DNA from: a virus | Taxonomy: Duplodnaviria > Caudoviricetes | Reading direction: 5' to 3' (one strand) | Virus record (IMG/VR): IMGVR_UViG_3300042458_000246 | Span: 1-62,151 of that record | DNA: 62,151 bases | Part shown: positions 36,254 to 46,290 of the stretch, in pieces | Layout of the letters: each line of letters opens with the position of its first letter | How positions within the stretch are numbered: position 1 is the stretch's first letter | Program-made: the position numbers and the translations under genes | The notes under the pieces: model-generated | Told to the model about the DNA's origin: nothing | The model's database searches: none | The model's input: the letters and a program-made list of their open reading frames with translations, nothing else

Positions 36254-38698
36254 TTATTTTAACTGCTTTTCTAATCTTGATTTTAAGAATTGGGCAAATG
36301 CGCTTTCAGTGTCTGTACCTTCAAATTCTTTGCGATAATTTTTACCGTTAGGTCCATTCCATTCTTTAGCTATTGCATTTACACCTAAAGCTATAGCTGA
36401 TTGATCTGCATTACCTTCTTTGTCAGAAGCAACCCGTCTGGCTAATGAGTAAATTTCACTAATCTTTTCGGGAGGCATTGCTTTGTTACCAATATTAAAC
36501 AAATTAGGATCAGTACCTGTAAGACCCATCCGATGAGTAACAATATCACGAGCCAAATAAGGTGCTATATTTGGAATACTACTAACCCTACCAGATTGTT
36601 TATCAGCAATCATTGCTTCAGTTGCTTGATTAATAAGTGCTGTAGCTTCTTGATACACATCTGCGTTTGTAATATCAAAACCTGAACGTTTTAAATATTG
36701 AAGAGTTTGTTGGGTAGCTACTTCAGGTGTTGGCATACCAGCTCTTTTAAGATTAGGTTCACCACTCTTAAGTGTTGTACCACCAAGCTTATTTTCATAA
36801 ATGCTTGAAACAGCATTTGCAGCTTTAGTAGTATGTTTTTCTAAACGCTCAATTTGAGCTTGAGGGCTATTCTCTTTAAAATTTTCACGAGCAATCATCA
36901 TAGCAAATTGATTACCAAAAGCAGTAGTTAAACGTTTATCTGCGGCTGCTTGATTTGACGCCATCATTCTTAATTGTTGTTCAAAACGCTTTTCGTCTCT
37001 TGTGCGATTATACTCATCTTTAATCTCAGCCATTTTAACTTGTTGAGCCGCAATAAAACGGTCATGCTCTCTACGGGCTTCTTCACGAGTTACAGTTCTC
37101 TTTTCAAGAGCAGCTGCATTATCTTCTGCACGAGCATCTTTAACTTCTTGACCACGAATTTGAACGGCAGCTGCACGAATAGCTTTGTTTTCGGCTTGTT
37201 GTAAAGCATTACGCTTAGATGAGTCTTCAAATGCTTGTTTACCTGCAAAGGCAAGAGCACGATTAACACCAAACTTTTTAGCACCAACAGCCGTTGATAT
37301 AGCCATACGAATAATGTCTTGATTATTTAAACCAAGTTCTTCTTTAAAGCCACTGGCAGTAAACAAGTTAGCTAATGAATCTGTAAAAGATTTTTCTGTC
37401 TTTTGTGTTCCAGACAACTCTTGAACAATCTCTGCTACACTACGAATTTTCCTAGATGCTTTAACAGGGTCTGTTTCATAATCTTTTCTTACACCAGAAA
37501 CAAAAGTAGGATCTGTACCTTCTTTAGGAGGAACTGTAGGAACAGCTACTGCTACAGGTGTATTTTGAGTATTAGCTTTATCACGTTCAATTAGTTGTTC
37601 TGTAGTCATTTGCGCTGGAGCAGCTGCAAGAGATGCAACAGGAACGGGTACTTCAGCTACTTGAGTAGGTACATTAACTGTTTCTGATTGTACTTCAGGT
37701 GATCCTAATGGATTTTTCATAATCCTATCAGGAATTGCAGGTACAACTGAAACATTAGGAGCAGGAACTGATGTATCTAAGTTTACTGGTGCAACCTCTC
37801 TTGATGTTATAACAGCATTAGAAGGAGGAGAATCAACAACAATAGAAGGTACTGCCGGAGTAGGCGGTCTCTTATCAATAGCAATTGCATTAGCAAATTC
37901 TTCAGCTTTATCTTTAGGATAACGCTCATCCCACACAGGAATTGTTGGTTGAATAATCATTGGCACTGCACCTTGACGTTTTCTTTCTTCGTCAATATCT
38001 GCATCGAGAGTACCATTATAGTACCCTGCCGCAGACTGTACTTGTTGAGGTACTACACCATATGTACCGTTATTATAGTTAGCTTGGGCAGAAGAACCAC
38101 GGCTAAAGTCAGGTACACTCATTGTGCCATGCATGAATGAAGACCCGGGTACGTCTGGATGACGATATGCTAATGATGGTACACCACTAGTACCATCTGC
38201 ATTATACATTGGAGCATCTGAATTACGTATGTTTACTGCACCGTCACGCATGTTAGCCTTACGACCCTCTTGCACCATACGCTTAATAGCTTTTTTATTC
38301 TTAGGATTCTGTGCGGCAGGTTGTGGTATAACTGCTTCTCCGGGAGTAAGCATAGCAGGAACTGTATCAGTGCCTCGTGCTTGGAACATAGGAGATTGAG
38401 GAAGACTACGCTGACCTTGTTTAAACATACCAGTACCTGCTAAAGGGTTCTGAGTTGGAATACCCAACTTTTGTTTGTTCATTTTAGGAGGAGGAATACC
38501 CATATCCTTAAGTTTAGCATTGTTAACTTGTTCTTTATGACCTAAACCTTGATTAGCTTTTGCAGCTGCTTCTTTAAGTTTAAGCTCATGTAATTGTTGT
38601 TTACGCATTTCATCAAGTCCCATTTTAGAAACTTCACGAGCTTCTTTATTTTGGAACTTAAGATATTCTCTTTGTTGTTTACCTGATAAGGGTGCCAT
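36254..38698 (-). CDS. Internal virion/ejection protein, 814 aa
   Basis: GTDTVPAMLTPGEAVIP motif, Pro-rich linker, coiled coil. Confidence 0.7.
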   Translation of the reverse strand: MAPLSGKQQREYLKFQNKEAREVSKMGLDEMRKQQLHELKLKEAAAKANQGLGHKEQVNNAKLKDMGIPPPKMNKQKLGIPTQNPLAGTGMFKQGQRSLPQSPMFQARGTDTVPAMLTPGEAVIPQPAAQNPKNKKAIKRMVQEGRKANMRDGAVNIRNSDAPMYNADGTSGVPSLAYRHPDVPGSSFMHGTMSVPDFSRGSSAQANYNNGTYGVVPQQVQSAAGYYNGTLDADIDEERKRQGAVPMIIQPTIPVWDERYPKDKAEEFANAIAIDKRPPTPAVPSIVVDSPPSNAVITSREVAPVNLDTSVPAPNVSVVPAIPDRIMKNPLGSPEVQSETVNVPTQVAEVPVPVASLAAAPAQMTTEQLIERDKANTQNTPVAVAVPTVPPKEGTDPTFVSGVRKDYETDPVKASRKIRSVAEIVQELSGTQKTEKSFTDSLANLFTASGFKEELGLNNQDIIRMAISTAVGAKKFGVNRALAFAGKQAFEDSSKRNALQQAENKAIRAAAVQIRGQEVKDARAEDNAAALEKRTVTREEARREHDRFIAAQQVKMAEIKDEYNRTRDEKRFEQQLRMMASNQAAADKRLTTAFGNQFAMMIARENFKENSPQAQIERLEKHTTKAANAVSSIYENKLGGTTLKSGEPNLKRAGMPTPEVATQQTLQYLKRSGFDITNADVYQEATALINQATEAMIADKQSGRVSSIPNIAPYLARDIVTHRMGLTGTDPNLFNIGNKAMPPEKISEIYSLARRVASDKEGNADQSAIALGVNAIAKEWNGPNGKNYRKEFEGTDTESAFAQFLKSRLEKQLK

Positions 38699-38707
38699 AG
38701 TATTTCC

Positions 38708-39811
38708 TTAAAATATTCCTAGCTTCTTAGCTAATAGAGCGCCACCAATAACCATACCTACAGGACCCATAGCGGCTAATGCGGCTTCACCACCTGCCAT
38801 TGCAGCACTAGATCCTGCAGCAGCTATACCAGCACCTTCAGCCGCAGCCGCAGGTAAAGCAGCACCAATACTAGCACCAATAGGAGCAACAGATGCAGTA
38901 CCAACGCCTTGAACAGCACCACCAATAGTAGCAGGAGCATTTAAAGCATATAAACTAGTAGATGCAGGAGCTGATAAAGCACCAACATTAGTTAATGCAA
39001 CAGGAGCGCCACTAGCAGTAGTACCCATAGTACCAATAGCATTAGATGTTAATGGTGCGCTATATGATTTGTATGCGGCATTAATTCCTTTTGCAGCGGC
39101 ATTAGTACCCATAGACGTAGCTTGATTACTCAGGTATTGTTCTGTTTGATCAGAAACGGCTTGAGGAATAACTGCTTCAGAAGGTTTAATAGATGCATTT
39201 AATGGAGCTACTTGTTCTTTCTTAGTCCAATTCCAAGGGTCATCTTCTTCTGCACTCATTGTACCTTGTGCATAACCTGATACAGATGTACTACCATAAG
39301 CGTATCCGGGAACTGACATAGTGCCGTTAGCCCAACCGGGAGAACCACTTGTAGCGGCACCAGCAGAACCATCATTACCATCAGTGTCACCAGCAGAAAC
39401 AGAAGCAGCAAGACCCTGATCAGCAGCAACAGCAGCAGCAGCATTGGCGGCATCAGATACTGCATCAGAAACTCCAATACTAGCGTTTACAGGAGCCGCT
39501 AAACCAGTAATACTGTTTGCTGTATTGTTATCTGACACAGTGTTACTACCAGAATTTGTTCCACCATCATTACCATCACCACCAGAGCTTCCACCGTCTG
39601 TTACAGTTGTATCTTTAGAAAGAGGTGCTACATAATTTTTTGTATAGTTATCTAAATATGTTTTACCATAAACAATAGGTGTGTTCATAGCAGTAGTTAA
39701 TGGTCTACCCATAGCATCTACTGTTGTACCACCACCTTTTCCACCGCTTGCTTGTTGAAGGGCGGCTTCTTTATTATAAGCATCTGCTGTTGCGCCTTGA
39801 ATACCAGCCAT
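38708..39811 (-). CDS. Ala/Gly-rich ejection (pilot-like) protein
   Basis: GGKGGG near the N-terminus; hydrophobic C-terminus AMGPVGMVIGGALLAKKLGIF. Confidence 0.65.
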   Translation of the reverse strand: MAGIQGATADAYNKEAALQQASGGKGGGTTVDAMGRPLTTAMNTPIVYGKTYLDNYTKNYVAPLSKDTTVTDGGSSGGDGNDGGTNSGSNTVSDNNTANSITGLAAPVNASIGVSDAVSDAANAAAAVAADQGLAASVSAGDTDGNDGSAGAATSGSPGWANGTMSVPGYAYGSTSVSGYAQGTMSAEEDDPWNWTKKEQVAPLNASIKPSEAVIPQAVSDQTEQYLSNQATSMGTNAAAKGINAAYKSYSAPLTSNAIGTMGTTASGAPVALTNVGALSAPASTSLYALNAPATIGGAVQGVGTASVAPIGASIGAALPAAAAEGAGIAAAGSSAAMAGGEAALAAMGPVGMVIGGALLAKKLGIF

Positions 39812-40500
39812 TACTTACCTCCAGTCGCCTGTTGTCGTGCAGGATTACCATAAATAGTTGATGCATAACGTTGCAGACCTTGGAATGTAGCGTCAAGACC
39901 TTGTTGATCAATACCACGTTGTTGATTACCAAGGTTAGCAAGGCTAGATACACCGCCTGATGCAATACCAGAAGCTGTTTGAGCACCTGACTGTAATGCA
40001 GACTCAGCTGCAAGACGGTTCTTAAACATATTAGACTCATAGTCAGCATCAACTTTAGCAAGTTGACCTGTAGTCTCAGCGTTCTGAGCACCTTGCATAA
40101 CTGCTTGTCGTGCTGATCCTAAGGTACCAGCTGAACCAAAGCCTGTATTTAATCCTGCTACTTTCTTTTGTGCATCCTGAACAATACCTGCTTTAGTAGC
40201 GGCTAATGTTTCAGCACTAGGAGCCATAGCCATAGTAGATAATCTTTTATTTTGATCACCTAAAGAACTAAGAGCAGTAGAAGTAGTAGCACCAAGCATA
40301 TTAGCACCTTCACCAAATGCTTTTTGTTGTAGTGTAGATGCACCAGCAACTTTGCTTAATTCACCTGCACCATAAGATTGTTCAGCGGCATTACCAACAT
40401 TCTTCATATACGGAGCAGCCCATTCAGGAATACTACTTACTGTATTGCCACTACCGCCACCGTAGTTCTTCTTTATAGAACCATTAATTTTATATTTCAT
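39811..40500 (-). CDS. Small ejection/DNA-transfer protein
   Basis: YGGGSG..IPEWAAPY start, Gln/Ala-rich, GTLGSARQA motif. Confidence 0.7.
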   Translation of the reverse strand: MKYKINGSIKKNYGGGSGNTVSSIPEWAAPYMKNVGNAAEQSYGAGELSKVAGASTLQQKAFGEGANMLGATTSTALSSLGDQNKRLSTMAMAPSAETLAATKAGIVQDAQKKVAGLNTGFGSAGTLGSARQAVMQGAQNAETTGQLAKVDADYESNMFKNRLAAESALQSGAQTASGIASGGVSSLANLGNQQRGIDQQGLDATFQGLQRYASTIYGNPARQQATGGK

Positions 40501-40916
40501 TATAAATCCTTTCGCATTACTACGTAAGCTTCTTTAAATCCGGGTACATACTTTGGTAGTACCTTTGCCCATCCTGGACGACCCCATTGTTCAATGGCTT
40601 TACAACCAGAATCACGGGCAAACTGTTCTACAGTAGGAAAAACCTTAGACTGTTCTTCAAAGTTATCACCAGCAAAAGCAATAATATGAAGGGTTTTATG
40701 TTGTGAATATTGTAGGTATTGAGTTAAACCAGCACCAATAATATTTAGATCATCATCTACTAACGCCCAACATTGAACGTACTCATTAAGAATCTTTTTA
40801 AGATAGTCTGTTAATGTAGATTCTCCTTGTCCATGATCAATTACTTTTTGTAATAATACAGAGAGTGTTGACCAGTGTTGTACGGTTTGTTCGGGTGTTA
40901 GTAGAATGATTTTCAT
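40500..40916 (-). CDS. GNAT-like virion-assembly protein
   Basis: LHIIAFAG...FARDSGCKAIEQWGRPGWAKVL; typical position before ejection genes. Confidence 0.65.
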   Translation of the reverse strand: MKIILLTPEQTVQHWSTLSVLLQKVIDHGQGESTLTDYLKKILNEYVQCWALVDDDLNIIGAGLTQYLQYSQHKTLHIIAFAGDNFEEQSKVFPTVEQFARDSGCKAIEQWGRPGWAKVLPKYVPGFKEAYVVMRKDL

Positions 40917-40931
40917 TTGTTTTATTTTAAG

Positions 40932-43900
40932 TTACATTGCAGCAATTACAAAAGCTAATAGCTCTTCATATCGCAGACCAAGTGTTGTTTTACCTTCTTC
41001 AGATGTATCAGAACAGAACAGTCCATAATGATTAGCGTTAAGACCTTCTGCAGTAAAAGCATCTTGTACTTCTTGAGCAATAGCTCCTACGTGAATACGT
41101 GCTTGACTACCTTTGCTTTGTACTGCATCTTTAAATCTAAACTTTTTAATTAAAGATTTAATACGTCTTGCAACAGCTAACTCAGCTAAAGATAACTCTT
41201 CAATATCTTGCTTTTCATTCCTGTCTGATGTGTTAATAGTACCTGTAGTAGCATATATAACTGTCCATCTAAAAGAAGAAAATCCACAAGAATAAGCATT
41301 ATCAGTTGTTGGTGATAAAGTAGGAGGAGAACTTGCTCCATTAAAGAAAACACCATTACTTGAACTATTAACTAACGCAGCTGTTGTAGCATTAGATTTT
41401 AAACCTACAATAGTACCAACTAAAACAGTTTGATAATTACTAGTAGCATCTCCAACCTTAGCACTTGTTCCACTTGAAGTAATGTATCCACTAGGATTAG
41501 CATTACTATAAGGAGTAAATCCAAGAGCTGTTGTAACATTACTACTTGTTAATGATAATGTACCACCAAGAGTAATAGTTCCAGATGTGGTAATTGGACC
41601 ACCAGTTAAAGTTAAACCAGAAACACTACCACTTGTAGAAACAGATGAAACACCTGTTCCTGCAGTCCATATGCCATCTTGTCTAAGATAACCAGTACTA
41701 CCTGCAGTAGGCGCAGGAATAGATCCATCCCCCCAATTAAATACTCCCCAAGGTGCAAAATTAGTACCAAGATTCATCCTTACACCAGCAGTTGAAGAGT
41801 TACCTGAAAAACTTGGTCCTGAAGTTGTTCCTAAAGTTAAAGCACTAATCAGAATACCAGCAGTATAAGTAGTAACCCCATTATAACCAGCCATAAGAAC
41901 AATATTAGAACCGTTAGAGGCAATACCCGGAGCATTAACTGTAGTAGGTGCTAAACTATAAGACATTCTTACATGAGTTGTACCTAATTGATTTAAAAAG
42001 AAATCACCAGTATCTAATGTAAGTAATGATGCTCCACTTAAAGTATTACCATTAGCCGCATAATAAGCAATCTGGTTAGCGGTTCCACTGTTAATAGCAG
42101 TAGCAGAAGGTGTGTAAGTTAATACACCAGTAGATGAATTATAGCTAATAGCACCTGCACCTGAAGAAGCAGCGTTAGTAGTACTAAACGGGTGTACGTG
42201 GTTTCCTCTAGAAAACTTAGCAGATGATCCAGCAGATGCTGTTCCTCCTGCAATAGGTACTGATGTAAAACCATAATCATTACCAGATAAATCTAACAAT
42301 GAAGGTGTTTGTAATCCACTCTCTAAACGGTTGTTAGAATTAGAAGAATAAGCATCTGTTGCGCTATCAAAAGAACACCCAACAAGATCTATTTTACAAC
42401 GACTTCCTGTGTTACCAATAGTCATACGACTTGGATCAGGAACATAGCTGTTAAGACCTTTAAATCCACAACCTGAAATTGCAGCAGTAAAACCATTACC
42501 TGCGGTTGCATCTAAAAGAATACTGTTAGTAGTATATGGTGAACCGAATCTTACAAAAGAACATCCTGTAATAGAATTACTAACACCTGCTTTAGACTGA
42601 GTACTTGTTACATATATGTCTGCAATACCTGCATTACCCTCAAAGTAAACACCTGTAAGAGTAAATCCATCAGCACCTTCAATAGCAGTTGAACCAGATG
42701 GTTCTGCAATACGTAAACCCCAGTTACTAGATGACCCTGATGTTGTGCCATTAGATTCAATAGCACCACCAACAACGTTAAATGTACTACATCCTAATAT
42801 ATAAATACCATATTCTGAATTAGCACCTACTTCACAATTAAGAAGTGTAATAGCGTTAGGTGAACTGGCGTTTGTTGTTCCAATTCTTTCAAACAACATA
42901 CCACGAGTATTAAACCTGAATTGACAGGATACAAGGGTAGATGTTAAGAAGTTAGAACCATACATACCAAACAACCAACCAGTAAACTGACATGATTCAA
43001 TATGAAGAAAAGCACCACCAGTAACTGAAAGACCTTGTCCTACAGTACCAGAATTATTAACAAAAGCAAGTCCTTTAATATTAGTATATACATTAAGGTT
43101 AGTACCAGCAATAGTAAGACCGTTAGCATTAGTTGTTTGTAACAATATAGATGCACCAATACCTTCACCTAAGAAGTGGACTCTTTGTCCAGGATCTAAG
43201 GATGGCGCTGTGTATGTTAATGAACTTGTTAACCTATAAAGACCATTAGGAAAATATACTGTTCCACCTGTAGAAACAGCAGAATTAATAGCAGACTGAA
43301 TAGCAGCAGTATCATCTACTGCGCCATCACCTACTGCACCATAATTTTTAACATTATATTTACGATCAGTAACAGCCCATGTACCATCCCCTCTTAAATA
43401 GGTTGATGATGTAGGTACTCCAGTAGCAAGGGATGACGTAGGTATTTGTCCACTATAAGTAATACCCATTGTTCCATTAGAAGTTAATGGTGAATTACTT
43501 ACGGCAAAGCCTGTAGGTACAGTTATACCAACACTGCTTAATCCACCAGTGCCTCCTGCAACACCCCATGTACCATCACCACGTAACACTTTGGTTACAT
43601 CATTAGGCGGAGGTTGAACTCGTACTGTTCCTAATGTTCCTGAGTATACAGGGTTAGTACCATTAGTAAATGATCCAGTATTAGAACCAATAATAACCGT
43701 GTTTGTTCCTGATACAGGACCAACAACTGGTTTTCTAAATGTTATAGAAGCAGCAGTTACAGAACCTGATACAGATACTGTCCATTGATTATTAATATTA
43801 GTAGATATAGCCGCTGAAAGCTCTTGGATAGTAGAAAGAAACTCAGGCTCATACTCAAGAACAAATATATAGTTTGTACTCTCAAGAGTAATATTATAGG

Positions 43901-46289
43901 TTAATGCACCAGAAGATTGAAAGTTAAATGTTGGAACTAAAATACTTGCGTATGTTCCGGGTGTAACAATCGTACTTGTGTTAGTAGGAAAATCTAATCC
44001 CCTAAAATAACCAATACCTGATTTAGTCCCTGCTGTTCCTGCTGTACCTGTCACACCATCAAAAGCATAACCATCACCAGTACCACCAGCAAAGAAAGCC
44101 GCACCAGTGCTTGAACCAGTAAGAGCCATAAAAGCAGGATTAGTGTGACCTGAACCTACAACGTCAATCCTAAAGCCAGCATCTGGATTACTACCAGAGT
44201 TAATAGCACCATAAAATAATCTACCATTAGCATTAGATACAGCAGAAAAACCATTACCTGTTCCACTAGTGTTAGCAGTAACACCTGAACCAATAGTCCC
44301 TGAATACTCTAACCATATAGGGTTAGTAATATTTGAAGTACCACTGATACCAATAACAGCACTGTTAACGTCTGCACCACCAGTACCGCCTAATGTAAGA
44401 AACTTATTGTTACTTGAATCATAAGCTGTAATACGATTATCTCGTACTGTGGTTGATGGAGGCACAAGACTATTAATCTCAATACGTTGTCCTGTTGTAC
44501 CTGTTTTAAATCCTGAAGTCTGAATTTCACCTGCTGTTACTGTACCAATATTAGCAGTAATAGATGACAAAGAAGAAACAGAAAGTTTACTTGCAGTAAT
44601 TGTGTTCTCTACAATAAGAGAACCAGTAATATATGTTGTAAATAATGTCCATGAAACTACATAGCGATATACAACAGCATTATTAAAGTTGTTATAGCTT
44701 ACTGTTACAATATCGCCTGACACAGGGTCACGACCAATAGCCGCATTCACTTCAACATTTGTAGGAGCACTACTATCATTAGCTACACGAGTAATAACAA
44801 AGGTAGCTGAACCCGCAGAGCCAACAGCACCATTAGCACCATTATAAGCAATACCCCTAATAGGATAAGCTACATTAGTCCAGTCAAGAGTAGATGTGGT
44901 TACAGTAGCCGCTTCATTAAGCGGTACAGTAATACTCCACAGATAATATCCTGGAGTTGTTTCACTAGGGGCTGATGTAAACCATCCAGTAGGTGGCGTG
45001 TATGCACCTGTAGACCATGTATATGTAGACGTAGTTGAAGGTCTTGCTGGAGGAGTTGAGTTAGCTGTCCATCTATAAATAGCTGGAAAGGCAGACATAA
45101 CACCGTTAGCACCTGCTACACCCGGAACACCATTGTACACAATAGGCATACTAATGACTTTAACTACGGGACTTGTAAGATTAGAACCATTAACAGTTAA
45201 TGTTACGTCTACTTTAGTTGCAGCTGACAGAGGTGTAATAAGTACAGAGCTTGTTGTAGCCGTAGCTGGTGTAGCACCTGATATAACCCAACTGTATGTT
45301 GGACTTGTGATATTACTTGTTATAGCCGCAAGAGTAGCATTAGGTGGAGTGAATGCACCACTAGATGCTTGAACAAAAGAAGTGTATCCTGAAATGTCTA
45401 CAGTAGGACCACTAGAGCCTGTTGCTCCGGGATCCGCAAAGACTAATTGAACAGTAGCAACACTAGCCTGTGTAACTGCACCTGTACTATTCTTAAACCT
45501 GATAGGTACTGTAATAGAAGCAGGGCTACTAGCCATAGCAGATGGTGCTGACCAAGCAGCATAGTCACCCGCATCTGTAGGAGCACTGAAAGTTACATTA
45601 GTATAACCAATATCACCATTACCACTTGAAGAGCTGTTACCAATACGCCAAGTGTTATTAACAAAGCTTACATCAGAGTCTGTTTGAGCCGCAACAAATG
45701 GAACTAACACATTAGCATTAGCCGCATACAGCTTAGGTGTTATACCTGTAAACACAGGGGCTAATGGGTTACCTGTACGTGGTACCTGCATAACAGCAGG
45801 AGTAAAGAAAGATGAGAATGAATCAACAACAACTGTATTTGTTCCTGATGTAACAATATCAGAATCAATAGCTGTTCCGGGGTCAATCAGCCAACCTGAA
45901 GCAGGTGCCGCAGTAGATACCGCAAAGTTAACTTTACGACCACCTACTGTTTGATAGAACAAGAATTTAGTTACACCAAATCCACCAGTAACCTGATACC
46001 AAGTGTAAGCTGCTGGGTTGTTTGACTCGCTTGAATCATCTGAGTTATATACACCATAATAAGCTTTGTTAGTAGGCACATTAGAAATGTTAGTACCAAC
46101 AGTATCATCAGCATATTTAATAGCAAGGTATCTATAGAGATATCCTACAATCTTACCAAATTTATCACTGATAATACCTGTAGCAGGGTCTACGGTTAGC
46201 CCGTCAGTAGCTCCAGATGTACCTTCAAGTACAAGCTGTGCTAGGAAAGCATCAAGCTCTCTGTCACCTGTAATAGGTGGATTAAACAT
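40932..46289 (-). CDS. Tailspike/tail fibre with pectate-lyase-like beta-helix and C-terminal S74 chaperone
   Basis: YNVKNYGAVGDGAVDDTAAIQSAI; TSDRNEKQ...GLRYEEL; start 46289 after GGAGGT. Confidence 0.88.
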   Translation of the reverse strand: MFNPPITGDRELDAFLAQLVLEGTSGATDGLTVDPATGIISDKFGKIVGYLYRYLAIKYADDTVGTNISNVPTNKAYYGVYNSDDSSESNNPAAYTWYQVTGGFGVTKFLFYQTVGGRKVNFAVSTAAPASGWLIDPGTAIDSDIVTSGTNTVVVDSFSSFFTPAVMQVPRTGNPLAPVFTGITPKLYAANANVLVPFVAAQTDSDVSFVNNTWRIGNSSSSGNGDIGYTNVTFSAPTDAGDYAAWSAPSAMASSPASITVPIRFKNSTGAVTQASVATVQLVFADPGATGSSGPTVDISGYTSFVQASSGAFTPPNATLAAITSNITSPTYSWVISGATPATATTSSVLITPLSAATKVDVTLTVNGSNLTSPVVKVISMPIVYNGVPGVAGANGVMSAFPAIYRWTANSTPPARPSTTSTYTWSTGAYTPPTGWFTSAPSETTPGYYLWSITVPLNEAATVTTSTLDWTNVAYPIRGIAYNGANGAVGSAGSATFVITRVANDSSAPTNVEVNAAIGRDPVSGDIVTVSYNNFNNAVVYRYVVSWTLFTTYITGSLIVENTITASKLSVSSLSSITANIGTVTAGEIQTSGFKTGTTGQRIEINSLVPPSTTVRDNRITAYDSSNNKFLTLGGTGGADVNSAVIGISGTSNITNPIWLEYSGTIGSGVTANTSGTGNGFSAVSNANGRLFYGAINSGSNPDAGFRIDVVGSGHTNPAFMALTGSSTGAAFFAGGTGDGYAFDGVTGTAGTAGTKSGIGYFRGLDFPTNTSTIVTPGTYASILVPTFNFQSSGALTYNITLESTNYIFVLEYEPEFLSTIQELSAAISTNINNQWTVSVSGSVTAASITFRKPVVGPVSGTNTVIIGSNTGSFTNGTNPVYSGTLGTVRVQPPPNDVTKVLRGDGTWGVAGGTGGLSSVGITVPTGFAVSNSPLTSNGTMGITYSGQIPTSSLATGVPTSSTYLRGDGTWAVTDRKYNVKNYGAVGDGAVDDTAAIQSAINSAVSTGGTVYFPNGLYRLTSSLTYTAPSLDPGQRVHFLGEGIGASILLQTTNANGLTIAGTNLNVYTNIKGLAFVNNSGTVGQGLSVTGGAFLHIESCQFTGWLFGMYGSNFLTSTLVSCQFRFNTRGMLFERIGTTNASSPNAITLLNCEVGANSEYGIYILGCSTFNVVGGAIESNGTTSGSSSNWGLRIAEPSGSTAIEGADGFTLTGVYFEGNAGIADIYVTSTQSKAGVSNSITGCSFVRFGSPYTTNSILLDATAGNGFTAAISGCGFKGLNSYVPDPSRMTIGNTGSRCKIDLVGCSFDSATDAYSSNSNNRLESGLQTPSLLDLSGNDYGFTSVPIAGGTASAGSSAKFSRGNHVHPFSTTNAASSGAGAISYNSSTGVLTYTPSATAINSGTANQIAYYAANGNTLSGASLLTLDTGDFFLNQLGTTHVRMSYSLAPTTVNAPGIASNGSNIVLMAGYNGVTTYTAGILISALTLGTTSGPSFSGNSSTAGVRMNLGTNFAPWGVFNWGDGSIPAPTAGSTGYLRQDGIWTAGTGVSSVSTSGSVSGLTLTGGPITTSGTITLGGTLSLTSSNVTTALGFTPYSNANPSGYITSSGTSAKVGDATSNYQTVLVGTIVGLKSNATTAALVNSSSNGVFFNGASSPPTLSPTTDNAYSCGFSSFRWTVIYATTGTINTSDRNEKQDIEELSLAELAVARRIKSLIKKFRFKDAVQSKGSQARIHVGAIAQEVQDAFTAEGLNANHYGLFCSDTSEEGKTTLGLRYEELLAFVIAAM

Positions 46290-46290
46290 G

